Of a stretch of DNA of 53,289 bases, positions 43,529 through 52,233 are shown piece by piece. The notes under the pieces were generated by a model that was given only the letters and a program-made list of their open reading frames with translations, had not been told where the DNA came from and ran no database searches. The first letter of the stretch is position 1; every line of letters begins with the position of its first letter. The stretch is taken from IMG/VR virus record IMGVR_UViG_3300039004_000002, positions 1 through 53,289 of that record; one strand, 5' to 3'. The stretch is from a virus (lineage: Duplodnaviria; Caudoviricetes). A program made the translations under genes and the position numbers.

Positions 43529-43556
43529 AGTATAGGCATCTTACTCAAATATGCAA
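43529..43556 (-). promoter_or_regulatory. promoter (TTGCAT-16-TATACT) with AGATG in spacer
   Basis: Same architecture as P1/P2. Confidence 0.65.
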
Positions 43557-43585
43557 GCGATAATGACAATTATTTTTGATTTATT

Positions 43586-45394
43586 TTAAAATGGGATGTC
43601 GTCATCCCATGAATCATCAGGTAAGTTCTTGTTTTCAAACGGAACATTGATCTTATCAGACTGCACGCTAGGCCCTCCAAAAGGATCAGCTTCTTCCTTG
43701 CCAAAGTGTGTTCCGTCAAAACAATGTGCCATTATTTCCGGATATTTCTTGTTTGTCCATACGCGCAAGCTGGTACAGGTTTGCAGAGTTTCTGCTTTAT
43801 TTAAGGCTTCCTCAATAGTCACTGGAACATCATCTGAGCCAGAACGCTGTGTCCACCATTTGCGTGCTCTATGGATAATAGGGGGTTGGTGTTCAAGACA
43901 CACGTACTCAGTAAACTTGCTCAGATTACAATAATACGTCACCTTCATGCTATTTGGTGCGCCTAACTTTGTATGCAGGCTGTAGGTAATATGGTCTACC
44001 TTAAACTCCTCGACTATAGGGAGGTCACCTTTGATCAGCTCGTCTGTGCTTGCACCCTGCTTGAGCTTAGTCTGGAACTTGAATTCATTACCACATTCTG
44101 GGCATATCCTCACGCTTGCGTGTACCCAGGTGTCGCAGACTTTGTTGGTCTCTTTGACTATGCCCTCGCACAGCTTAACAGGTGCGTCGCCAGATTTCTT
44201 TCCCTTTCTATTAGGGAGGACGGGATCGTTAATTGGCCCCAGGCGCTTTGTATTGCCTCCAAAGTCAAGTACAAGGCAATTCTTCTTTCCTCCTGCTTCA
44301 ATTGCAGCAAGCCGACCTTCTAATAAGTCCAGATCATACCCTGGCGCATATACTGGGCGCGTACCTCTTCCAAGCATCTGAACCCACAATCCAGGTGAGC
44401 TGGTTGGTCGTAGGCCAAGAATCATATCGATAGGAGGGTGATCAAATCCTGTGGTCAGTACATTATTGTTCACTAAAGCTGTAAACTCACCCGCCTTGTA
44501 TGCTTCGATATTATCATCACGTTCCTTATCGGTCATCTTATAGTCTTTGGTCGAACTGTACACAGCCCGCGCAGAAACACCCATTGCATTCAGTATCTCT
44601 GTGGTGTGTATTGCATGTTCAACCCCTGCTGTAAATACCAACCAGCAATTTCGATCATAACCGACTTCCATTGCCTCTCTGACAGCAGCTTCAGTGAGCT
44701 CATATTTGTCAACAGCATTCTGGAGCTCCTTGGGAATGAACTCTCCCCCGCGCATATGAACCCCATCCACGTTCAGACGAAGTTCTGTTTTCTTTGGCAC
44801 AAGCGGACACAAGTACCCTTCAGCTATCAGCTTGTTGAACTCTTCGAGTGTAGTGATGTCATAGCAGATGTCAGTGAAGAGTCCGCCTTCCTCGATGATC
44901 TTTCCTTGCCCTAGGCGGTATGGTGTAGCCGTAAGGCCGACCACTTTTAGATGTGGGTTGTATTGTCTTAATGCTAGAATGAACTTCTGATACATTGTCG
45001 CATCGTTAGGGCTGACAAGGTGTGCTTCGTCAATTAATATGAGATCAATATGACCGAACTCGTGCGCACGCTTTGCAACAGATGCAATTCCACCGAATGT
45101 GATATTGTTGTAGATATCGCGTCGGTTTAATCCGGAACTGTAAATCCCAGCTGGCGCAGTAGGCCAGATCTGATACAGCTTGTCAAAGTTCTGCTCAATG
45201 AGCTCCTTGACGTGTGTTAGTACCATTACACGCTGATTCGGAAACGCATCGAATACCGTTCGGATAAACCCACCGATGACAACAGATTTACCTGTGCCTG
45301 TGGGCATGGCGACAACAGGATTCCCAGTGCCACCATTTCTGAAGTAATCCCAGATAGAACAGATTCCATCCCATTGATAAGGCCTCAGCTTCAT
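43586..45394 (-). CDS. SF2 DEAH helicase (RadD/YejH-like) with Zn finger and SSB-like acidic tail
   Basis: LRPYQ, PTGTGKS, DEAH, TATPYR, TTGFD, QMLGRGTR, CPEC; ends DDSWDDDIPF. Confidence 0.92.
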   Translation of the reverse strand: MKLRPYQWDGICSIWDYFRNGGTGNPVVAMPTGTGKSVVIGGFIRTVFDAFPNQRVMVLTHVKELIEQNFDKLYQIWPTAPAGIYSSGLNRRDIYNNITFGGIASVAKRAHEFGHIDLILIDEAHLVSPNDATMYQKFILALRQYNPHLKVVGLTATPYRLGQGKIIEEGGLFTDICYDITTLEEFNKLIAEGYLCPLVPKKTELRLNVDGVHMRGGEFIPKELQNAVDKYELTEAAVREAMEVGYDRNCWLVFTAGVEHAIHTTEILNAMGVSARAVYSSTKDYKMTDKERDDNIEAYKAGEFTALVNNNVLTTGFDHPPIDMILGLRPTSSPGLWVQMLGRGTRPVYAPGYDLDLLEGRLAAIEAGGKKNCLVLDFGGNTKRLGPINDPVLPNRKGKKSGDAPVKLCEGIVKETNKVCDTWVHASVRICPECGNEFKFQTKLKQGASTDELIKGDLPIVEEFKVDHITYSLHTKLGAPNSMKVTYYCNLSKFTEYVCLEHQPPIIHRARKWWTQRSGSDDVPVTIEEALNKAETLQTCTSLRVWTNKKYPEIMAHCFDGTHFGKEEADPFGGPSVQSDKINVPFENKNLPDDSWDDDIPF

Positions 45395-45402
45395 TTAAGG
45401 CC

Positions 45403-46017
45403 TCACGAAATATATGGATCAGATTGCCATGGGCGAATTGTCACCGTTGGTGGTGCAACAGGGACTTCCCCTGTGTACTTAGCCTTATCAAGAATGTCAA
45501 GGCTGAGCTTCATTATCTCAAGGGCTTCTTTCGCGTGTCCGACCTTATGTAACAGCTCAGCTAGATTGTGATTAAGCCCACGTAACATTAGAGGCGGGCA
45601 GTCGGTATGCTCAATCAGGTATTCAATACGCTCAATCTCACTCTCGAACTTCTTCTTGTCTTGAGTACATTGGCGCAAAGTATTCTGAACAGCCATAGTC
45701 ACATCCTTCAGATAATTCTTTCTGACATAGTTGTGCTGTTTAGCCATCTGAGCGTAGATTTCACCTATGGTCTGATAGGCACGCATTTCCACCCAATTAT
45801 CTTCACGCCCTGTTTCATCATAGTTCTTACGTTTTACAGGGTCTTTCAAGACTTCATATGCGTGCTTGACTTCCTTGAACTTGTTTTCAGCATCGGGATC
45901 GTCTGGGTTCTTATCCGGATGCACCTTTTGGCTCATTGACTTATAAGCCTTCTTTAACTGCTCTGCGGTAGCGTTAGGTTCAACACCTAAGATTTCATAA
46001 AGCGTTTTATCTTCCAT
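45403..46017 (-). CDS. J-domain (DnaJ class C) protein
   Basis: LYEILGV...LKKAYK...HPDKN...FKEVKHAYEVL.D...RKNYD. Confidence 0.9.
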   Translation of the reverse strand: MEDKTLYEILGVEPNATAEQLKKAYKSMSQKVHPDKNPDDPDAENKFKEVKHAYEVLKDPVKRKNYDETGREDNWVEMRAYQTIGEIYAQMAKQHNYVRKNYLKDVTMAVQNTLRQCTQDKKKFESEIERIEYLIEHTDCPPLMLRGLNHNLAELLHKVGHAKEALEIMKLSLDILDKAKYTGEVPVAPPTVTIRPWQSDPYIS

Positions 46018-46922
46018 CAGAATTTCCTGCTATACGCGCCGCACGCTGCAAGCTGTTCTTCTTTGCTCAGCACATGCGGTTCATCTGTGACATTGTTGCA
46101 GCACCAGGTTCCATCGGGTAACGGCTGAGAGTTTGCGCACGTCCGGCAATTAATATCCGGAGCGCCTTTAAGATGGCAGACCTTTCTGTGGTCACACCAT
46201 TTGCATTCAAACCAACCTGGGCTATTGCTAATTCGGGTAGGCTGGTCATCCATCCAAACAAGGTTCACACCTCTGGCAATAAACTCGTCAGCGACTGTAG
46301 CATTAAAAGGAACGATCTCTGCATACAGCTCGTCATCATTCTTATTGACTACCATATACAGTGCAACAGCAAGGCCCATCTTCCTCATATACACCTGCAT
46401 TTGAACATAGTGTTCAAACTTCGCAGACTGCACACCTTCTTTCTTTACTTTCTGAAAAGGCTTGTCACCACTTGTTTTGAACTCACTGAGTGCAGGGACC
46501 CCAGGATCTAAGTCCGGGATGTTGACCACAACTCCATCACCGCTGCCACCGAAGTGTCCTCCAGCGTCACTGATACGAAATTGCTTTCCGTTCTCATCCT
46601 GTTGGTATACGTCAGCCCCAATCATCAGGAGCATTGCCAAGAAGCGTGCTTCTTCTAAGTGCCCACGATTGAATAGACGTAGAAGTCTTCCGCCGTGCCT
46701 TTGGCGGGTGGCCCATCGAAAACCATACCAGATCTTTCTAGCGCAGTCGTCTCCGACACCTGATGCGCCTAGATGAGTTCGAAAAGGGAATTCATCCGTT
46801 CTGTATGCGTCATCCATGTGGCCGATGACTTTGCCGAGCCAACCACGGAATGAAGCGCCTTGATCTGCTTGTATAGTATCCTCGATTAGCGCCAGGGTCT
46901 TGGTGGCGAGATAGACACCCAT
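46017..46922 (-). CDS. Cas4-like PD-(D/E)xK exonuclease
   Basis: LGAS..G.DCARK.WY, GSGDG, EFKT, QMQVYM, CKWC...VC. Confidence 0.85.
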   Translation of the reverse strand: MGVYLATKTLALIEDTIQADQGASFRGWLGKVIGHMDDAYRTDEFPFRTHLGASGVGDDCARKIWYGFRWATRQRHGGRLLRLFNRGHLEEARFLAMLLMIGADVYQQDENGKQFRISDAGGHFGGSGDGVVVNIPDLDPGVPALSEFKTSGDKPFQKVKKEGVQSAKFEHYVQMQVYMRKMGLAVALYMVVNKNDDELYAEIVPFNATVADEFIARGVNLVWMDDQPTRISNSPGWFECKWCDHRKVCHLKGAPDINCRTCANSQPLPDGTWCCNNVTDEPHVLSKEEQLAACGAYSRKF

Positions 46923-46943
46923 AATATCCCCTCTTGTTAGAAT

Positions 46944-46969
46944 AAAAAAGACCCGCCCGAAGGCGGGTC
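46944..46969 (-). terminator. rho-independent terminator after SSB gene
   Basis: GACCCGCC-TTCG-GGCGGGTC-TTTTTT on the minus strand. Confidence 0.88.
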
Positions 46970-46984
46970 AAGACGGCGCGTGGA

Positions 46985-47785
46985 TTACTGGCCTTGAGCC
47001 CAGGGAGGCATTCCAGCCCCGGCAGCAGGGGGCTGAGCTGTCGTCTGCGGCTGCTGCGCTGGTTGCTGTGCAGGTTGTTGAGCGGGTTGCTGAACAGGGG
47101 CCTGCTGTGCGGGCGCTTGCTGCTGTGCAGGCGGTTGCTGTTGCTGCGCTGGCTGTTGGGCCGGCGCTTGCTGGGCTGGCTGTTGCCAGGGTTGCTGCGC
47201 CGCAGGTTGCTGCCAAGTCTGCTGAGCATTGTTAACAGGTGCCTGCTGTGGAGCTTGTTGTACAGGTGCCTGCTGTTGTGCTGCCCAAGGCTGCTGGGCA
47301 GGTTGCTGCGGCTGCGCTTGGTTCGCAGGCGGAGCCTGATAGGATGGAGCTGCACCCCCAGCCGGAGCACCAGCGTCACCAACCTGTTCGTTGATATGCT
47401 TGTATGAAGTGACCTCGTTAGAGGCTTCGTACTCACCATCTGCTGGGCGGAGCTTCACTTTGATTTTCATCGGAATGTTGTGAAGCTGTTGGCTGTCCTG
47501 CACCTGCATAATACCAGTCGCGTGACAGATAGCTGAGAGCTCACCGTAGGCGATTTCCTGGGCCACCTGGCTGCTGTTGCGCAGGTTCAGACGTGCGTAG
47601 ACTTTGCGATTGGCATACTGTCCGTCAACTACGCTGAAGCGAAGCTGGAGATAGGTGCCGGTACCGTCTTTGGTTGGCTTCATTTCCGACTCGTCAATTG
47701 CGGCATTGTACCAACCAGCAGGGATTGGATCCGGTTGACCGCTATTGGGAGCGACGGATGAAGCGTCGAAGTTTAACTGAGCCAT
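46985..47785 (-). CDS. single-stranded DNA-binding protein (DUF669-like) with Q/P/A-rich tail
   Basis: PIPAGWY.A.I..SEMKPTK.G.G.YLQL.F.V.DG.Y.NRK; ends MPPWAQGQ. Confidence 0.8.
   Translation of the reverse strand: MAQLNFDASSVAPNSGQPDPIPAGWYNAAIDESEMKPTKDGTGTYLQLRFSVVDGQYANRKVYARLNLRNSSQVAQEIAYGELSAICHATGIMQVQDSQQLHNIPMKIKVKLRPADGEYEASNEVTSYKHINEQVGDAGAPAGGAAPSYQAPPANQAQPQQPAQQPWAAQQQAPVQQAPQQAPVNNAQQTWQQPAAQQPWQQPAQQAPAQQPAQQQQPPAQQQAPAQQAPVQQPAQQPAQQPAQQPQTTAQPPAAGAGMPPWAQGQ
47035..47340 (-). repeat. coding low-complexity repeats (QQPAQQ / QQAP / QQPW)
   Basis: Imperfect CTG/TTG-rich repeats encoding the SSB tail. Confidence 0.8.
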
Positions 47786-47795
47786 ATTAGGTCTC

Positions 47796-48623
47796 CTATG
47801 TGTTAAAGATATTAATACCAGATGATTGGTAGATAGCGTTCGCGAAATGGTTCCATCCGTCTACCTTCGGAATGGAGACCTCGCCTTCGAAGCCATAGCG
47901 GTTGCCGGCCACGTACGAAGGAGTTCTACTAAGCCCAAGAACGCGCCCTTTGTTTGCGCTCATGCCCTTAGCAATATTCTCACCTTTAGTGACGAACATA
48001 GGTTCATAGAGGAATCCTACAATGTCCGCCCACTGTGTGATCATTTCCCGTTTACCGTAAGTCTTCTGATTCTTAGGGCTATGCAATAACAAGTCCCAGC
48101 AATCAAACTCACCAGAGTTCGGGTCAATAAGTTTAGCGGCGAATACATGGCAGGTCATAATAATGTTGATCCCTCCATATACTGCCAGTTGATCGCATGT
48201 GTTCAGAAAGCGTCCAAACATTTCATTCGCATAGGTGTAGGCTTTACCATACCCACCCAGGGCGCTTTCCATAGTAACAGCTTTCTTATTCCCTTGGCTG
48301 TATGAGCTATCCATACGAAGTACCTTGTCGTGAATCATTCTTTCCAATGCTGTTGCACTATCAAAGATAAGGCTTCTGTAAGGGAATTGGCCTGCTTGCG
48401 CAGTTTGCATGATTTCTGCGAGGAGTTGTTCCACTTCATCGAACGATTGAAGCATGGGCGTCTTGTTAACAGTGACACCGCTGTATCCGATTTCAAGTGG
48501 TACAAGAAGTGGCGCAGGAGCGAGGCAGGTAAGAGTCGTCTTACCCATCTTCTCCTGCCCAGCGATAACAATACGCAGACCTTCTTGTCGTCTGGTATTG
48601 TTGACTTGGCTTAGTATCTGCAT
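47796..48623 (-). CDS. Sak4-like AAA ATPase / ssDNA-annealing protein
   Basis: GQEKMGKTT, IFDSAT, GGYGKAY, WADIVGF, AGNRY; next to SSB and exonuclease. Confidence 0.85.
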   Translation of the reverse strand: MQILSQVNNTRRQEGLRIVIAGQEKMGKTTLTCLAPAPLLVPLEIGYSGVTVNKTPMLQSFDEVEQLLAEIMQTAQAGQFPYRSLIFDSATALERMIHDKVLRMDSSYSQGNKKAVTMESALGGYGKAYTYANEMFGRFLNTCDQLAVYGGINIIMTCHVFAAKLIDPNSGEFDCWDLLLHSPKNQKTYGKREMITQWADIVGFLYEPMFVTKGENIAKGMSANKGRVLGLSRTPSYVAGNRYGFEGEVSIPKVDGWNHFANAIYQSSGINIFNT

Positions 48624-48649
48624 ATTGTGCTCCGTTTAATGGTCTGCTA

Positions 48650-48678
48650 ATTGTATGGGTTGAGCCATGTGAATACAA
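48650..48678 (-). promoter_or_regulatory. promoter (TTGTAT-17-TACAAT)
   Basis: Intergenic, near-consensus. Confidence 0.6.
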
Positions 48679-48685
48679 GATATTT

Positions 48686-49627
48686 CTACATATCCACAGG
48701 ATCCCGGAACCCTTGAAACGTCGGGAAACGGGGCTTGTCTTTCACACCTATCGGAAAGAACTGAAACTTCGCAATCTTGCCAATAATTTGGTCCTGATTC
48801 TCAAAGAAATATCTACGCTCATCATGCGTCATTTTCCCAGGCGATACTTCTATTTCCTGATCCTTATGCAGCACAATAAGATCACCCATCTTCTCTTCTT
48901 TGAGAGCACGCCCACAAATAGTTCCGACCATACCGTTTGGCACCATGTTCTCTGCCAGCGTGGATCGTTCAGCGTAGCCGTGCGGGTTGTGCTTGAGCTC
49001 ATTCTGGTTTGACTGACCTTCTATTATGTGGGTGACCACAATTTCAGAATCCATGAATCGCTTCAACCTGAGATAATTTGATTCCTTTGCAGTGCAGCGC
49101 CCATACTTATAGGTCCCAGCCGGATCACGTAGAATAAGGCCTTCATACTGCTCATGCAAGTATTCAAGTTCAAGCTCATTGACTTCTTCCTGGGAAGAAA
49201 CACGCTCATACGGTATTACCCAGAGCCTGTCCTGGAGTTCGGGATACTCAGCAAACAGACATGACACCTTATTCACGAGCTGATGATAGCGCGTGCTGTA
49301 TGGCTCATGATTGTTTACTCCGTCAACTACATAGTCAAACAAGCACCAACGAGTCGGAATGACCCCTTTAATGGTACCAAGGGCACTTGTGGTCTCATTG
49401 CAGATCCCGTACCCAGTTATTCGATTGACAACCATCTCCCCATCAAACCCATTGAAACGCTCGTCACTGAAGAAGTTGGTGTTGAGCTCGTTCTTGAAGC
49501 GTTTCCCAGTGCGCCCGACAAGTCTGTTGTCAATGTTGAGCGCACGCACCCCGTCAATCTTGGGGAAGCACATATAAGGGAAAGCAGCTTTCTCGACTTC
49601 GTAATCGCAGGCTAGAATAGGTTTCAT
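48686..49627 (-). CDS. ATP-dependent DNA ligase
   Basis: PKIDGVRA, FDGE, LFD, EGLILR, YKYGR, KPRFP. Confidence 0.93.
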   Translation of the reverse strand: MKPILACDYEVEKAAFPYMCFPKIDGVRALNIDNRLVGRTGKRFKNELNTNFFSDERFNGFDGEMVVNRITGYGICNETTSALGTIKGVIPTRWCLFDYVVDGVNNHEPYSTRYHQLVNKVSCLFAEYPELQDRLWVIPYERVSSQEEVNELELEYLHEQYEGLILRDPAGTYKYGRCTAKESNYLRLKRFMDSEIVVTHIIEGQSNQNELKHNPHGYAERSTLAENMVPNGMVGTICGRALKEEKMGDLIVLHKDQEIEVSPGKMTHDERRYFFENQDQIIGKIAKFQFFPIGVKDKPRFPTFQGFRDPVDM

Positions 49628-50367
49628 GGAAGTCTCCGATGCTGATCGTACAGCTCCATAGAGTTCGGGAGGTACTTGCGCAGCATTTTATCGATCGCCA
49701 TGGCGTACTTCTGAGCCTCGATCTGCGCATGACTGTGGTCACGGAGAGATAGGAAGTGGAGTAGATTGTGCAAGTCCTGTTTCCAGAGCCAGTGTGTATA
49801 ATGGTTCACATGAAGGAATAGGCGTGCGTGCTCAGGCGCAACCCCTTCCGCTATAGCAGCAGAATATTCCATATAGCTCTTCTGGCACTGGTTATCAAGA
49901 CGGGATTTAAACTTGTCCTGAATTTCCTGGGGCAATGTATCTTCCTGCCCTTGCTTTGCGTTCACAGGCTTGCCGCCAACTACTTCGGGCACATACCACT
50001 CTTCAGGAAGCTGGATGTAACGCCCAGAGACTTCGTTGATCGTTGCTGTACGGTGGCGCACAAACTGCCTGGCCACAAAGATAGGCATCTTCATTTCAAC
50101 CCAGCACTCAATCATCTCGATTGGTGTGGTATGCTTATTCTTCATAAGATAGTTGCACAGCTTCAGATCTGCTTCACGTGTGCGCCCACTGTCCATGCTT
50201 TCGAAAGACATTCGAGCACTGTTAGCGGGATCAGTATCGTCCGCATCAAAGTCTTGATAAATGCGTCGCGTTGGTCCTGCCAGGTTGCGTAGTGCAACGA
50301 ACCCATGGTCCAGGACATCACAGGCAATAACTGCTTGGCCTTTATAGTTTGGTTCCGGATTGGTCAT
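49624..50367 (-). CDS. thyX: FAD-dependent thymidylate synthase
   Basis: SARMS, HTTP.E, RQFVRHRTATINEVSGRY, LR..SHAQ.E. Confidence 0.95.
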   Translation of the reverse strand: MTNPEPNYKGQAVIACDVLDHGFVALRNLAGPTRRIYQDFDADDTDPANSARMSFESMDSGRTREADLKLCNYLMKNKHTTPIEMIECWVEMKMPIFVARQFVRHRTATINEVSGRYIQLPEEWYVPEVVGGKPVNAKQGQEDTLPQEIQDKFKSRLDNQCQKSYMEYSAAIAEGVAPEHARLFLHVNHYTHWLWKQDLHNLLHFLSLRDHSHAQIEAQKYAMAIDKMLRKYLPNSMELYDQHRRLP

Positions 50368-50845
50368 TTAAGAACTCCCGTATCTGTTGGTCTTTGTATT
50401 CGTCACGCGCTTGCCTCATGTTGCGTCGCGCTTTACGATCACAAATATTGTTGACGACATACCTGGCATCCTCTTTATCAGAATGACCTTTTACATGCTT
50501 CAATCTGATGTGTAAACTATGTTCTTCACAGAACGATTCATAGTGTGCTACCAGGTTCATTTCTTGTTCCGTGATGCTTTGTCTCTGCCTGCGAAGGGCG
50601 TCGATAGCGGGCTGGCAATCAGTCTGCAGAAGCACGGAGTCATTCTGCAACACCAGTTCGGACTTGCGTGCAGCGTGTAAAGCATTCAGAAGCGCCATGA
50701 TCTCTGCGGCAATGTTGTTTTCGACAATACCTTTAAGAACACCGTCTCCGCCCATCTTTCCACGCTGCGACGCAATCCAAAAACCATAACCGGCTTTCCC
50801 TGTGTCGGGACAGAAAGAAGCATCGGCTATGATTGTCACCCACAT
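50342..50845 (-). CDS. ribonuclease H family protein
   Basis: ADAS, NNIAAE, QTDC, HVKGH, N.ICD. Confidence 0.88.
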   Translation of the reverse strand: MWVTIIADASFCPDTGKAGYGFWIASQRGKMGGDGVLKGIVENNIAAEIMALLNALHAARKSELVLQNDSVLLQTDCQPAIDALRRQRQSITEQEMNLVAHYESFCEEHSLHIRLKHVKGHSDKEDARYVVNNICDRKARRNMRQARDEYKDQQIREFLNDQSGTKL

Positions 50846-51276
50846 TAACTGGACTCCTTCGCCTTGTTTTTGGCGGGGAGTACAATCTCCAGACCGGGGC
50901 TTCCAGGTTTGATAATCAAGCATTGGTCGAACAACTGCTTCTGATCTTCCGTCAACTTGTTATACTCAGCTTTCGCGAGCTCTGGTTTGTAGCGCACCAA
51001 GTCATCTGGACGCATACCATCTTCGCGGAGCTTTTCCTTCAAGGCGTTAAACGCACCAACATCGATATCACGGTTGATATTGTGCTTACCTTTTAACACA
51101 TATCCATCCGCCAGATCATAGTTGTTTGTTCCTTCTTTTGGATCGTCGAACGCCAGGTCGAATATCTTTTTCCGTAGCAAGGACTCTTTGGCCTTCAGGA
51201 TTTTTAAATCCGCCGCCATCTTGTACCATTCGGAAAGCATGGCCTGGGTCAATTCATTCTCAGGTATCTCAGCCAT
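50845..51276 (-). CDS. conserved phage hypothetical protein
   Basis: TAATG coupling; PKEGTN, KPEL...Y, IKPGSP.L. Confidence 0.8.
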   Translation of the reverse strand: MAEIPENELTQAMLSEWYKMAADLKILKAKESLLRKKIFDLAFDDPKEGTNNYDLADGYVLKGKHNINRDIDVGAFNALKEKLREDGMRPDDLVRYKPELAKAEYNKLTEDQKQLFDQCLIIKPGSPGLEIVLPAKNKAKESS

Positions 51277-51533
51277 TAGTGATGCTCCTCATGAAAGGAC
51301 TCAACCATTGCTTCGGCTGCCTCCATGGTTACTGTTTTCAGAGTAACTGTCTTTTCTTCGTAATTGACTTCGACAGACACTCCACCCATATTGCCGCCAT
51401 CTTCAAGCACACTGAATGGAACGACAACAGACTTATCCTCAGTCTGATCAATAATATGATACAGAGCTTGATTCAGAAGCTGTTGCCGCGCCTGGTTTTC
51501 CAGGTGCTGGGCGATCATTTTGCCCAGGTCCAT
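51276..51533 (-). CDS. hypothetical protein
   Basis: GGAG RBS before ATG 51533. Confidence 0.7.
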   Translation of the reverse strand: MDLGKMIAQHLENQARQQLLNQALYHIIDQTEDKSVVVPFSVLEDGGNMGGVSVEVNYEEKTVTLKTVTMEAAEAMVESFHEEHH

Positions 51534-51534
51534 A

Positions 51535-52074
51535 TTACTCTCCGTCAGCCTTGTCAGCGCGGGCTTTGGCAGCAGCATCAGAATAGTTGAAATCCTGATA
51601 ACGCTTGCCCAGCTTGTTGATATTAGCTGCCAGAGCTTCAGCGTGTGTGAATTCCGCTGCGGCGTAGAACTTATCGATCGCATTGCGGAAACGCTGCATC
51701 TCAACAGTCAGCTCAGGCCATTTGCTGCGATCGTTATACACAGCAATCTTCTTCGCGATGTCCAGCATATTACCTGCCTGGATAAGCACGTCAGTCAGCG
51801 GGTCGGCTGTCAACGTCGACGGGTCAATTACTTCATGCACAATTAACGCATTGGCGCCTTGGCACAAGCCTTCAAAGTAGAACTCAATGTCGCCAAGCTC
51901 TTCAAGGCAGTTATCACGATCGTCGTTCACGACTGCTGTTAACAGTTCAGCCACCTCTCCGCTAACACCAACAGCCATGTGCAGTGCGTGCGCAGACTCC
52001 GCGCTCAGCTGTGCTGCAATGTCCGCTCCAGGCTTAGCAAGTTTGGCGACCATGTCTTTGTGGTCTATATCCAT
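51535..52074 (-). CDS. MazG/dimeric dUTPase-like nucleotide pyrophosphohydrolase
   Basis: G.SGEVAEL...EELGD..FY, a second degenerate repeat, AN..KL.KRY. Confidence 0.8.
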   Translation of the reverse strand: MDIDHKDMVAKLAKPGADIAAQLSAESAHALHMAVGVSGEVAELLTAVVNDDRDNCLEELGDIEFYFEGLCQGANALIVHEVIDPSTLTADPLTDVLIQAGNMLDIAKKIAVYNDRSKWPELTVEMQRFRNAIDKFYAAAEFTHAEALAANINKLGKRYQDFNYSDAAAKARADKADGE

Positions 52075-52187
52075 TTCTGATTCCTCAGTTGATTGAAAGG
52101 GTTAGCGGCCCATCCAGAACTGTCGGGTGCTTTGTGGGTACGGAAGTATCGTGTAAACATCGCCCGCGCCTGTTGGACCGCTAACTT

Positions 52188-52216
52188 AATATACACACTT
52201 TCGCAGGCGTATGCAA
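52188..52216 (-). promoter_or_regulatory. promoter (TTGCAT-17-TATATT)
   Basis: Intergenic, 17-bp spacer. Confidence 0.6.
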
Positions 52217-52233
52217 ACATAAACATCTGATAA

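Noticed and set aside
46017-46922. Cas4-like nuclease as evidence of a CRISPR system
   Set aside because: No repeat-spacer array or other cas genes; it sits in the usual exonuclease-SSB-Sak4 recombination module
47035-47340. Repeats as CRISPR array or VNTR element
   Set aside because: Imperfect codon-level repeats encoding the SSB Q/P tail, with no spacers
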